From: Calditrichia bacterium
GTDB lineage: Bacteria; Calditrichota; Calditrichia; JAJRVZ01
Assembly: GCA_963796965.1 (NCBI GenBank)
Contig: CAWCNS010000004.1
Location: 640,001 to 704,000 of the forward strand
Reading direction: 5' to 3'
DNA length: 64,000 nt
Shown: positions 21,248 to 33,043 of the stretch, piece by piece
Numbering within the stretch: position 1 is the stretch's first letter
How the letters are laid out: every line of letters begins with the position of its first letter
The notes under the pieces: generated by a model
Seen by the model: only the letters and a program-made list of their open reading frames with translations
Told to the model about the DNA's origin: nothing
The model's database searches: none
Translations under genes and position numbers: made by a program

Positions 21248-22315
21248 ATGGAGAAAAACATGTCTCTTACAAAAGCGGTAAGTTTGATTGGTATATTCTT
21301 TATCTTATTGGTGGGTTGTCAACAAAAACAAGATCCACCCAAGGTCGAATTAGTACAAGACGCCGAAAAACAGACAGTAAATGTTTTAGTCAATGGAAAA
21401 TTATTTACCTCGTATTTCTATACCGATAAAATATCAAATCTGAAGAAACCAGTATTATTCCCCATAATAGCTGCCGATGGCGCGGTTATTACGCGCGGTT
21501 TTCCACTTGAACCAAGAGAAGGGGAAAGAGTTGATCATCCTCATCATGTTGGATGCTGGCTAAACTATGGTGATGTAAATGGAATAGATTTCTGGGGATT
21601 CTCTGATGCTACACCAAAAGAACAATTGGAGCGGATGGGAATAATACGACATAAGGGTATAAAGAAAGCAGAAAGCGGAGAGCAGGGGGTCCTCGAAGTA
21701 ACGATGGATTGGCTAAAATCTGATGGAAGTGTGCTCCTGCAAGAGGAGACAGAATTTGTCTTTCGTGCTAATAAAAATATCAGAATAATTGACAGAATCA
21801 CAAAATTGACTGCCGGCAAAGAAAAGGTTGTCTTTAATGATACCAAAGAGGGTATGTATGCTATCCGGGTAAATCGAGCCCTGGAACATCCCAGTGATAA
21901 TCCCGTCATCCTAAGTGATGCGCATGGTCAAAAAACGGATGTCCCCGTTTTGGACAATAAAGGCGTTACGGGAGAATATTTAAGCAGTGAGGGTGTTAAG
22001 GGATTAGATACGTGGGGAAAACGAGCCAAATGGGTGGCGCTATCGGGCATGATCAATGGTAAAAAAGAAACGGTTGTGATATTTGACCATTCAAGCAATG
22101 TCGGGCATCCTTCTTATTGGCATTCCCGCGGATACGGATTATTCTCAATAAATCCACTTGGTCAGGATACCTTTAGTAAGGGCAAAGAAAAAATGAATCT
22201 TACCCTTAAGCCGGGAGAATCTGTAACTTTTAATTATCGTATCCAGGTTATTTCTGGTGATACTAATGCAGATGAGATTGAAGAAGCCTATGGAAAATTT
22301 AATTCAAAACCATAA
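21248..22315 (+). CDS. PmoA-like (DUF6807) family lipoprotein
   Basis: TRGFP, DHPHH, NYGDVNGIDFW, DTKEG and WHSRGYGLF motifs; lipobox LVGC. Confidence 0.8.
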   Translation: MEKNMSLTKAVSLIGIFFILLVGCQQKQDPPKVELVQDAEKQTVNVLVNGKLFTSYFYTDKISNLKKPVLFPIIAADGAVITRGFPLEPREGERVDHPHHVGCWLNYGDVNGIDFWGFSDATPKEQLERMGIIRHKGIKKAESGEQGVLEVTMDWLKSDGSVLLQEETEFVFRANKNIRIIDRITKLTAGKEKVVFNDTKEGMYAIRVNRALEHPSDNPVILSDAHGQKTDVPVLDNKGVTGEYLSSEGVKGLDTWGKRAKWVALSGMINGKKETVVIFDHSSNVGHPSYWHSRGYGLFSINPLGQDTFSKGKEKMNLTLKPGESVTFNYRIQVISGDTNADEIEEAYGKFNSKP

Positions 22316-22473
22316 CGTGTTTTTTCTCGCAGCGGTGCAATGCCGCAAAAAAAGATAAAATATAATTATATAATAGATATTTTTAGTTTCTATTCTATTT
22401 TTGCACTTTCATATTAATCATGACGATTTGATGTGAGGTAATAACAAGATTAATTAAAGTTTAGGAGGTTGGG

Positions 22474-23545
22474 ATGTTATTAATAAAAAAACTAATTGTT
22501 TTGTTTATGTTTTTAATTTTGGTTTATGTGTCCTCTTGTGGCAGCCAGGAGAATTCAAGTCCGGCTGTAGATGTGGTGGACAATAAGGAGAAACAACAAG
22601 TTGAAGTTTTAGTGGATGGGAAATTATTTACTGCCTATTTGTATACGGATAAAATTGATGCTCTCAAAAAGACGACCCTGTATCCAATTGTCACAGCCAA
22701 AGGAAATGATATTACACGTGGATTTCCTCTAAAGAAGCGCGCTGGTGAGCGGGTGGATCATCCACACCATTTGGGAATGTGGTTAAATTATGGTGATGTC
22801 AATGGTTTGGATTACTGGAATAATTCTGATGCGATTCCTGAGGAAAGACAAGATAGGATGGGCGTAATACGGCATAAAGAGATCATGAAGGTTGAAAGTG
22901 GAAAGGGTAAAGGCAGTATTGAGGCTTCGATGAACTGGCTAAATCCGGATGGCTCAAATTTGCTTAAAGAAGAAACGAAATTTGTGTTTTATGCAGATAA
23001 AGATTTACGGGTGATTGACAGAATCTCAAAAATAAGTGCATTAGATAAAGCCTGTTTCATTTAAAGATAATAAAGAGGGAATGTTTGCTGTTAGGGTTAC
23101 ACGTGCTTTGGAACACCCATCAGATAAACCAATTGTACTCAGTGATGCCCATGGTCAAAAAACGGATGTCCCGGTATTAGATAACGATGGTGTTACGGGC
23201 AAATATTTAAGCAGTGAGGGAGTTGAGGGTATGGCCGTTTGGGCAACCCGGGCCAAATGGATGGCACTCAATGGTGAAGTAAATGGGGAGAAAGTTTCCG
23301 TTGTGATTATGGATCATCCTACAAATGTTGGATATCCTACTTATTGGCATGCACGTGGTTATGGTTTATTCTCTGCTAATCCTTTAGGGCAGGAAGTTTT
23401 TAGCAAAGGAAAAGAGATTCTTGATTTTGCATTAGAACCCGGTCAATCCACAACCTTCAAGTATCGTACGGTGATTTTTTCCGGCCAAACCACGCCAGAG
23501 AAGATTGAAAAAGCCTATGCTAATTTTCTTAAGCAGGTGAAGTAA
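22474..23545 (+). CDS. PmoA-like (DUF6807) lipoprotein, tandem paralog; +1 frameshift near 23051
   Basis: Same DHPHH, DNKEG and WHARGYGLF motifs; ORFs 22474-23064 and 23081-23545 join; AGGAGG RBS. Confidence 0.8.
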
Positions 23546-23756
23546 TTTTTATTTACTACGAAATATTTTTATAAGTTAAACGGTAATAAGTTTTTTAACG
23601 CAAAGACGCAGAGAAGTTGCAAAGATCGCAGAGAAAATAATATTAAATCACCTGATATCTCATTGTTTATGAGTATATATCTAAATCTTAGCCGAACAGT
23701 TATGATGTTAAATAATAAAGAAAAGGCTGCAATCCGAATCGAAAAATGGTAAAGAT

Positions 23757-25341
23757 ATGACTAATAATTTATTTGCTGGTTTAGATGTTTCTACCCAGAG
23801 TTGCAAACTGGTTGTTATTGACCTGGAAAAAAGCAAGACGCTTTTTATTACAACCATTAACTATGATATTGATTTGCCTACCTATGGCACAAAAAATGGT
23901 GCTATTCAGGGATTGGGAGAAGGCGTTTCTGAATCTGATCCGCGAATGTGGCTAGAGGCTGTTAATCTCGTTTTTGAGCGCTTGGTACAAACAGATATTG
24001 TAATACCTGCGATTAAATGTATCTCTGTTTCTGGGCAACAGCATGGGTTGGTGTCTTTGGACGCTGAAGGAAATCTTACCCGTGAACGAAGTAAGCTCTG
24101 GAACGATTTTGATACCCTGGAAGAATGTAATATAATGACCAAAGCCCTTGGTGGATTAGAAAATATGGTTGAGGAGGTAGGCAATTCTCAGCGTACAGGG
24201 TATACCGCAGCAAAAATTTTTCATATGTATCGCCACGATAGGGCAGCCTATAATAAAACTACTACGTTTTTTCTGGTGCATAATTATATCAACTGGTATT
24301 TGACCGGAGGTAGAAGTGGTGGCGTGCGTATTATGGAGCCGGGAGATGGGTCGGGTATTGCCCTCTGGAATCCAAAATATGGTGAATGGTCGGAAAAAGT
24401 TATAAATGCCATCGATCCCGGATTAAGAGATAAATTACCTTCTATTGCGTCCTCTGATAAATGCATCGGCAATATCTCAAAAGAGCTTGTAGAAAAATAT
24501 GGTTTTTCCGATTCCTGCAAAATAGATGCCGGCTCCGGTGATAATATGTATGGGGCCATTGGGACAGGAAATATTAAGCCGGGTGTTGTTACGATTAGTC
24601 TTGGTACCAGTGGTACAGCTTACACGGTAATGAATGAACCTTATATTGATCCGACAGGTGAGATCTCAGCCTTTTGTGATAGCACGGGTAATTATTTGCC
24701 TCTACTTTGTGTGTCCAATCTGGCGAACGGATATGATGAAGTGTTAAATATGTATGATATATCTCATGATGAATTTGTAAAGAGGATTGAGAATACGCAA
24801 CCTGGGAATGGTGGAAGAATACTTATCCCCTGGTTTATTGGGGAGCGCACACCCGATCTTCCTCTGGCGACACCCGTTTATTTTGGATTTCAATTGACAG
24901 ATTTTAATCCGGATATTATTTGCAGGGCTGTGCTGGAAGGTCATATCCTCAGTTTTTATGATGGTTTTGAACGGATGGGATTTAATCCTTCCGAAATTCG
25001 ATTAACGGGTGGGTTGTCTCAGTCTAAAGCCTGGCGACAATGTATTGCTGATATTTTTGAAACAGAAGTAGTACCAATTGAGGGGGAAGGTGCCGCGATG
25101 GGCGCTGCCCTACATGCTGCCTGGGTATGGATAATGGAAACGCAGGGAGAAGACAAACTTGAAGAAATAGTGTCTGAGCTTTGTGAAAACGGATGAGAAG
25201 AGAAGAGCAAAACCGAATCCTGCAGCAATTGAAATTTATCGAAAGCAAAAAGAACTCTATCGGGAGCTAAGTGAACCATTTAAGAAAAAAAAATCGGGAA
25301 ATTCGCTTGAGTTACGGACGGAATTGTTAAATTTATATTAG
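23757..25341 (+). CDS. FGGY-family carbohydrate kinase (xylulokinase-like); +1 frameshift near 25180
   Basis: GLDVSTQSCK, SGQQHG, GSGDN, SLGTSG, GERTP and LTGG motifs; the shifted frame runs to TAG at 25339-25341. Confidence 0.85.
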
Positions 25342-25528
25342 TTTTGATGAAGTTTTAAAAAATAAATATCATGTTACCTTGAACTTATTAAGTAGTTCTA
25401 ATGGCGTATTTTATGCCAATTTATTTAGTTTTAATCAGCAGTAAGAAATATACCATTATACCTTCGGGAACAAATTAAATGCATTGAGTCATAGACGGAA
25501 TGATTAATCTGGCATGAAAATGAAACTA

Positions 25529-26933
25529 TCATCTTATTCGCTCGTTGGTATGCTCGCTCAATTTATCGATCATTATTCGGGCATTTTGATTGTGTGGGTT
25601 TAAAAACAATGATTTATGATAGGCTTTAATTCCCAATTCCCAATTCCCAATTTTATAATAAATCTCCCCCAAACTATCCCAGGCATTTGCCGATTGCGGA
25701 AATTGCTCTGTGTTAAATTTAAAAATAGCTAATGCAAGTTTTAATTTTTTATCGGATATATATTGATAACCCAGCGCATTGATACTCCACTCACTTATTG
25801 TCCTCTTATCAATTTGATCAGAAAGAGATTGCTCAACAAGCGTTTCGGCAGAATTAATATTCCCATCAGCAAGTAGAATGCCTGCATTATTGAGATGGTC
25901 TCGCAAATTCATATATGCTGTAACCAGTTGATCATCCTTCTTCTCGCGGTAGATTCGGCTGGCCTGCATCGCTTTTTCATGAGCGAAACTAAAAGCGTTG
26001 GAAGAATTGACAAAAATGTCTGGCTCTACACCGATACCCTCCCAATTTGTATTTGTAACCGGATTGATTGATCGGCCGGTTGGTATAAATATATTGAACT
26101 GGTCATTTACAGAGAAGGTGTAACCGGGATTTGCTCCCCCAGCTGTTTTTGATCCTATCAGCGTTGCCCGTTTTTGGACCTTCAGATTATAGGCAAACTC
26201 TTCTGCCGCAGAGAAAGTCTTTGAACCAGTCAGAATAAAAAGTGGAAGATCGGGTTGTTTTTTAATACCAATATCCTTAATGGTCCGGAAATGTTCTGTA
26301 TAATCCCCCCGACGCCAGTATATGTCGTTGAGGTGGACATTTTTGTCAAAAAACCAACTACACAAGAATTGAACCGTGTTAGGATTTCCACCATTATTAT
26401 TTCTCAGATCGATAATAAGAGCATCAACATCCTCTAAAACCTTCAATGTATTAATTAATTTATCACGAGCCAAATCTAGTGGCTCAAAACTATGGAGATC
26501 AAGATAACCGACATTGCCGGCAAGGATTTTTAATTGCCGAATACCCATATTTTCTTTGAAACGTTCTTGGGTACGCAGTAGAAAAAATAGTTTAGGGTTT
26601 TGAAGTTCAAAATCCCGGCCTTCAGGAGAAATAAATTGCACCCGAACATGGCGATCCTTATGAATTTGCATCAGATCTTTATTTCAGCTGTTTTACCAAC
26701 TCCTTAGGATGCGTTATTTTCTCGTAACCATTTTCATTCACTTTTCCAATCAGAAATTTATTGCAGGATATTGCCGTTTTCTCCTCCACATAATTAGTGA
26801 CAAGTAATTTGCCAATCTTTGTAATGACCTGATTGCGGATTTGGTCATTTAAAATCTTGGATGATGATTGTGCAAAACAGGTTTGAAGAGGAAATAACAA
26901 TCCCATTAAGAAAAAAAAATAAATATGCTTCAT
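25529..26933 (-). CDS. Secreted S41 (IRBP-like) peptidase with C-terminal TPR; +1 frameshift near 26683
   Basis: DLRNNNGG, TFSAAEEF, TAGGANP, WEGIGVEPD and ANAWDSLGE (TPR) motifs. Confidence 0.88.
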
Positions 26934-27157
26934 CTTTGTTCTCTTTAAAGTTTGTGAAAATAATTCTTTCGATATGCAAATATAGAAGCAGAATGAATTC
27001 AAAAAAAGTGAATACTTTACAGGAAATAAATTCAATAGTATCACCGTTTTAAAAAATCTGAATCAATATCTTACCATTTATATACTATATATTATTACCA
27101 GAAATATAAGTTGGGTTTGATTGTACTACAAAAATTTGTGTTTTTGAAAGGATCAAA

Positions 27158-30100
27158 ATGATTAGGACATTTACATTTTGGAGCAAGCTTTCTGCATTAT
27201 TATTGCTATTACTAATTGTGGGCAACTTATCCGCTCAGGAGGATGTATTTTTTGACCACCTGGATGTTCCGCAAGGACTTTCCAGTAGTAATGTTCGTTC
27301 CATTTGCCAGGATCAGTATGGGTACTTATGGATTGGTACGGATGATGGGTTAAACCGCTATGATGGCTATAAATTCGATGTCTTTAAAAATGATCCTTCC
27401 GATTCCACTAGCCTGGCAGACAGCCGGGTCGAAAGGGTTGTGCTCGACAGCGATGGGGATATCTGGGTCAGTACTCAAGGAGGACTAAGTAAATGGAATT
27501 GGGATAAAGAGAATTTCGATAACGTCGTTATCGATTTTTCAACCTCACCGGTGTCTAATGATGAATGGTTCTGGGCCATTCATGAGGATCGTAAAGGAAA
27601 CATATGGATTGGCACAAGGTTTGGTGGTCTTATGTCCTATAGTAAGGAAACCGGTAAAGTAACCCCGGCAAAAAGCTATACGAAGATGGTGTTGCAAGAA
27701 TTTTTGGTGGCCCCGTAGCAGCTGTTCTTGAGACTGCTTCAGGTGAAATTTATTCTGCGGATTTGCCGGAGGGACTTATCAGATATAATGAAAAACAAAG
27801 CTATTTTGAACCGCTAATTCTGAAAGGGATGACTAAGAATCAATTCGTCGACATTGGTGTCTTTATGTATCATGAAGATAGAGCGGGTAGTTTGTGGCTG
27901 GCAACACAATCTGGAATTTTCAACATCGATTCGGAAAGGGAGAGAATCAGGGAAGTTCGACTCCCCAAAACGCCTATCAGAAATTTTGTAGTTTATAATA
28001 TTTTGGAAGATGATGAAGGAAATTTGTGGTTTGGCAGTAATGAAGGCTTGATTAGATATAATTTAAAGACAGGACACTCCAGAGTGTTCAAAAGTTCAGG
28101 CACAGATAACCATTCTCTGAGTTCAAATACTGTCTGGTGCTCTTATAAAGACGATTTTGGTGTGCTCTGGTTTGGAACTTTGGGAGGGGGGCTCAGCAAG
28201 TATGATCCTAAAAAGATTGCTTTTAAATCTTACAGCAGCCTAAAAGGTGATACCCAGACATCGAATCATGGTGTCTATTCTATTACAAAAAGTCAGGGAA
28301 ATGCCCCCCTATACTGGTTAAGCACCGATGATGGTGTTTACAGTTTTGATCGTGAAAACAGTACTTACACTAAACTGAATCGAACCGAACTTAATGATGT
28401 CGGATTGATCCGATCAATAATTGCCGATGATAAAGAATCCTTATGGATAGGCACACAAAGAGAGGGCCTGTATCGTTACAATACCAGAAGAAAGCAATTA
28501 GTTAATATTCCTTCCGATCCGCAACATCTTAGTGGTTTAAATTCTCCGAGCATTTTTAGTCTTGAATTGGATGATTATGGTACTCTTTGGGTAGGAACCT
28601 GGGAAGGACTTAATCGCCTTAATCCACAAACGGGCAGTATTTCACGCATTCCTGGTATGGAAGCCCGGAACTACAGTGAGGATCTCCTAACACACATTGA
28701 TTCACTTTTTCATAAGCATATACCTATTTCTTCAATTAAAGAAGTGGGGGATTATGCGGATCTTTCTCAAGAATTTGAAATATCTGAGTCTGGTAGGTAT
28801 CTGATCATCTCAGTTGGGGAGGGGTTACAGAATTGGAATATGGTTGATTTTGGCTGGTTGGAGAGTGATAAGGGGGATACACTTTGGGCGATGAATAAGC
28901 TTTCTCACACATTTCATCTAAGTGGGGCTACTAAGAATAGGATTGAAGTGGCGGTAATGCCGTTGCAGGTGGGGAATTACAGGTTGAGATATAAATCAGA
29001 TGATAGTCATACCTATGCAAATTGGAATGAAATTCCACCGGCCGATTCTCTATGGTGGGGGATAAATATTTTTAAAGTTACAGAAAATAAAGCAAATCTA
29101 TTAAATGGACTTGTTGCGGTTGACCTTGCAGAACCATATATAGAAGGGCGAAATATCCGAGCATTGGAATACAGTTCAAAAGGATATTTATGGATTGGGA
29201 CTGAAAATGGCCTTAGCCGTTACGAGATAAAAAGCCGGGAAGTGACCAATTTCAAGCATGAAATAGGGAAACAAAATTCACTAAGCTCAAACGAGATTAA
29301 TTATTTATTAGAAGACAAAGAGGGTATTTTATGGATTGCAACAGCCCGGGGTTTAAATCGCTTTGATCCTGTAGAAGGGGAATTTACTACCTATACTGAA
29401 AGAGATGGGCTTCCCTCTGATCAGCTTCGTGCATTAGCCGAAGATGATGCAGGTAATTTATGGATCAGTAGCGTTAATGGATTAACTAAATTCGAGAAAA
29501 GCAGGCATTCTGATCATCCGGTTTTTGTTAATTATGATGTCCAGGATGGTCTGCAGGGGTATCAATTTTATGGCCGATCGGTTTTTAAAGATTCTGATGG
29601 AGAAATGCTTTTTGGTGGCAGAAATGGATTTAATGCATTTTCCCCAGGTATAACAAATATCCTGGCCCCACGGGCTGCACTGTCTCAGATATTTATTTCA
29701 AATCAAAAAGCGCTCCCCGGAGCAGAAGATTCTCCGCTGGAAAGATCAATATTTGATACAAAATCAATCATCTTGGCCCATGACCAAAACGATCTGTCTT
29801 TTGAATTTGCCCCGCTTCATTTCTCCCGGCCTGATAAGAACCAGGTGGCTTATAAACTTGATGGCTTTAATGATCAATGGATCAACAATGGTCGACGTTT
29901 TACATCTTATACCAATCTGGATCCGGGTGAGTATTCATTTAGAATCCGCGCAGTAAGCAGTGATGGAATTTCCGGGATTGCAGAAAAAACCTTGAAGATC
30001 ACCATAAATAAACCCTGGTGGAATACCACTTGGGCTTATATCTCTTATGGATTAATTCTTATTCTTTTTGTATTTACCATAGATCGTGTTCAGCGCTTCC

Positions 30101-30900
30101 GTTTAACACAGCGTGAGCGAAATCGGGCAATGATCCGTGAAGCTGAATTGCGTGCTCAGGTAGCTGAATCTGAAAACGAACGAAAATCTTTAGAATTAGA
30201 AGAAGCCAGACACCTGCAACTTTCATTGCTACCTGAAAAACTTCCGGACCTCCCCAACCTGCAGATTGCCGTCTATATGAAAACGGCTACAGAAGTTGGT
30301 GGTGATTATTATGATTATAATATTGCAGCGGATGGGACATTGAATATCGTCTTTGGTGATGCCACCGGGCACGGTATGCGTGCCGGGACAGTCGTTACAC
30401 TTATGAAAGGTTTATTCAGTGCCGATTCGGGAAATATTAAAATTGATACATTCCTCGATCAGAGCAGTGCTACTATAAAAGAGCTGCGGTTTAATCGGGC
30501 ATTAATGGCATTGACGCTTCTGAAAATTAAAAATAAACAGATTTCCTTTTCTTCTGCCGGAATGCCTCCCGCCTATCTGTACCGCCAAAGTAATAAAAGA
30601 ATAAAAGAAATTTGTCTGGAAAGTGTACCCCTTGGTGCCATGAAGGATTACCGGTATCAGGTTAGAGAGGAAGTCTTTGAAAGGGGAGATACTCTTTTAT
30701 TGCTCTCCGATGGCCTGCCCGAGTTAAAGGATCCCAACGGTCTTATTTTTGACTATCCCCGGGTTGAACAGGCCTTTCGTGAAGTCGCTATGGATGAACC
30801 TCAGAACATCGTTGATCATCTTGTATCAACAGGTGAAAACTGGCGTCAGGATATTCAATTAGAAGATGATATTACGTTTATGGTCATTAAGGCGTGTTAA
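27158..30900 (+). CDS. Membrane sensor phosphatase: beta-propeller repeats, Y_Y_Y domain, TM and SpoIIE/PP2C domain; -1 frameshift near 27670
   Basis: GYLWIGTDDGLNRYDG repeats, YTNLDPGEY, PWWNT-TM, VGGDYYD, GDATGHG, LSDGL and DDIT motifs. Confidence 0.9.
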
Positions 30901-31048
30901 TAACGTAGAGAGTTGATAGTATAGCGTGAAGTGAAGAGCAAAGAGGGAAGACTGAGGAGATAATACTGTTTAGTCTATTTACCAAACACAATTATATAAT
31001 AAAAAACTCTGCGTCTTTGCGTCTATGCCAGAGAATAAAATTCAACTT

Positions 31049-32074
31049 TCATAGATTAAATAAATACGTCATTTTGAGCAAAACGGTGCGATTTTCAGTC
31101 CTGGATGAGGCTCCGCTTAAATCAATCTCCTCATTGTATACAAAATAAATATCACTGCCTGGGCGATGTATAAAATTGAGCAGAAAATTGCTAATCACTT
31201 TTTGCGTGCCACTGTTCCATTGTATATATGGTTTGATAAACAGGTAAGGTGTAAATGAATATACGATACGTGCGCTAATTAATGTGGTATTAAAATTGCC
31301 ACTCGCCAACTTGGCATCGTTATAATCTGCCATCAAATCAAGTGTCAAATGCCCACCTGCTTTCAAATAACCCTTAAATACAAAACTTCGAAGAGATCCA
31401 TTAAAAAAATTACCATCCCCATAGAGAAGACTTCCAGCTAATGGTTTACTTCTGTCGGTTTGATACTCAAATAGAAAATAATTAAACCGATATATATCTT
31501 CAGGTATGATTATGTTATCATGAATCTCAAATTCTTCAGTCAATTTTTCGTAATTCTGAATATAGGCACCAAATAAATAGGAACCATTATCGAACAAAGA
31601 GAAAAATCCAGATAGATTCATACGAGACTCTAGCATATTATTCTGGTCTGCAATATAGTTGAAATTATTAAATATAAATAGTTGCCGGATATTAAGTATA
31701 TCTGGACGGGGAGAGATCCCTGTGTTTAACTGGGATGTTCTAATGCCGATTCGTGGAAAAAACCCCATCTCTGCATTAAAATTATCTTGAATGCTGTTCT
31801 GTGAGGCGAAAAGAGTAAATAAATCATCCTGATGATAAAAATCAAGATAAGCAGCATAGTTTTTATCAGTTACTAATGGTTCGTGGGAACTTGCTATAAA
31901 ACCGCCAATCTGTGTATTCTTTGTTAAATAAAAATTCGCATCAACGCCAAAATTACGTGAATATCGAATATCATCCACGGACTGTTTGTTCAAACCGATT
32001 ACTCCAATTGATGAATTTGAAAAAATATCCTGTCGAATGCGGAAAGCCGTATAATTGGTTTGTATGGTAGCCAT
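31049..32074 (-). pseudogene. C-terminal (beta-barrel-like) portion of a DUF5916-type outer-membrane protein lacking its N-terminus
   Basis: FNAEMGF, RPGSDIYFVYN and terminal LLKMTYLF; no signal peptide; upstream DNA is AT-rich with no continuing homologous frame. Confidence 0.55.
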
Positions 32075-32340
32075 TTGTGTGAAAATATACGGATTTATAA
32101 GAATCAGTAAAATAAGTACAAATTTTCTGAGTAATAAAAATCATGGAAATAGAAAATCTTTTGCTTTGCAGTGTGATATATATAGGTTGGGATAGTGTAG
32201 ATATCTGAAATTCGGATTTATAATCCAATTACAATATCATAGAATCTATTGAGAGAAACGAAAATAAAAAAGACAAAGAAAGCCGTAAAGGCACACTTCT
32301 AAGATTCTTTGACTAGCTTTAAAACGGTTTAGCCCTTTGT

Positions 32341-32484
32341 TTAGCCTCTTAATTGATGTAGTTTATCGAGCTCTTCTTCATCATGTACTTTGCGCATCGT
32401 ATCTTTTTGGATTGTATTTCTTCCCCAAAATATACCGATGGCTATTACCGCAGCGAGAATGATTAACGTTACAATTAGCCCCAT
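32341..32484 (-). CDS. 47-aa single-pass membrane protein (absent from the ORF track)
   Basis: GGGGAGAG RBS then MGLIVTLIILAAVIAIGIFWGRNTIQKDTMRKVHDEEELDKLHQLRG*. Confidence 0.7.
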   Translation of the reverse strand: MGLIVTLIILAAVIAIGIFWGRNTIQKDTMRKVHDEEELDKLHQLRG

Positions 32485-32632
32485 TATCTCTCCCCAGAGA
32501 ATTATTCAAGATTTTAATTTGATATAGATGCATATAAATATAAGCACCGGAATGATTATATGAAAAAAAAATTATAAATAAAATAAAAATAGAGTTTTAG
32601 TTGCAAAATTAACAGGTCGTTAAAATTTAAAA

Positions 32633-33043
32633 TCATAAAACTTTGAGAGCAGGATTCTTCCAATTATGGACTGCTTTTCGAAGGGTGTCGCGAGCGATTT
32701 CTGCACATTCATATTTCTGTCTTGGAATCCCTTCCAGGTAGTCTATGATATCACTGGTATCAATTTTTTGAGCTTCTGTGAGTGATTTTCCCCTGATCAT
32801 GTTGGTGATGGCCGAGGCACAGGATTGTAATCCCGCACAACCAATATAATCAAACATCGCATCTGTTATACAATCATCTTCGATTTTAAGGGATAGAAAC
32901 AAAATGTCACCACAGGAACCCTGATGCTGCTCTGTTATAGAGGGCTTTTTCATACTACCCATATTGACTTGTTTCTCTAAGATTGATACGGCTTTTACAG
33001 AAAATCCCATATCAAGAAGCAATTTTTGTCGAACTTTATTCAT
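32633..33043 (-). CDS. IscU/NifU-N-like Fe-S scaffold family protein
   Basis: SCGD, GCA and KYEC (three Cys). Confidence 0.85.
   Translation of the reverse strand: MNKVRQKLLLDMGFSVKAVSILEKQVNMGSMKKPSITEQHQGSCGDILFLSLKIEDDCITDAMFDYIGCAGLQSCASAITNMIRGKSLTEAQKIDTSDIIDYLEGIPRQKYECAEIARDTLRKAVHNWKNPALKVL

Noticed and set aside
21248..23545. Methane monooxygenase, suggested by the 'PmoA' family name
   Set aside because: These are soluble lipoproteins in a sugar context with no pmoB/pmoC; the family name is misleading.
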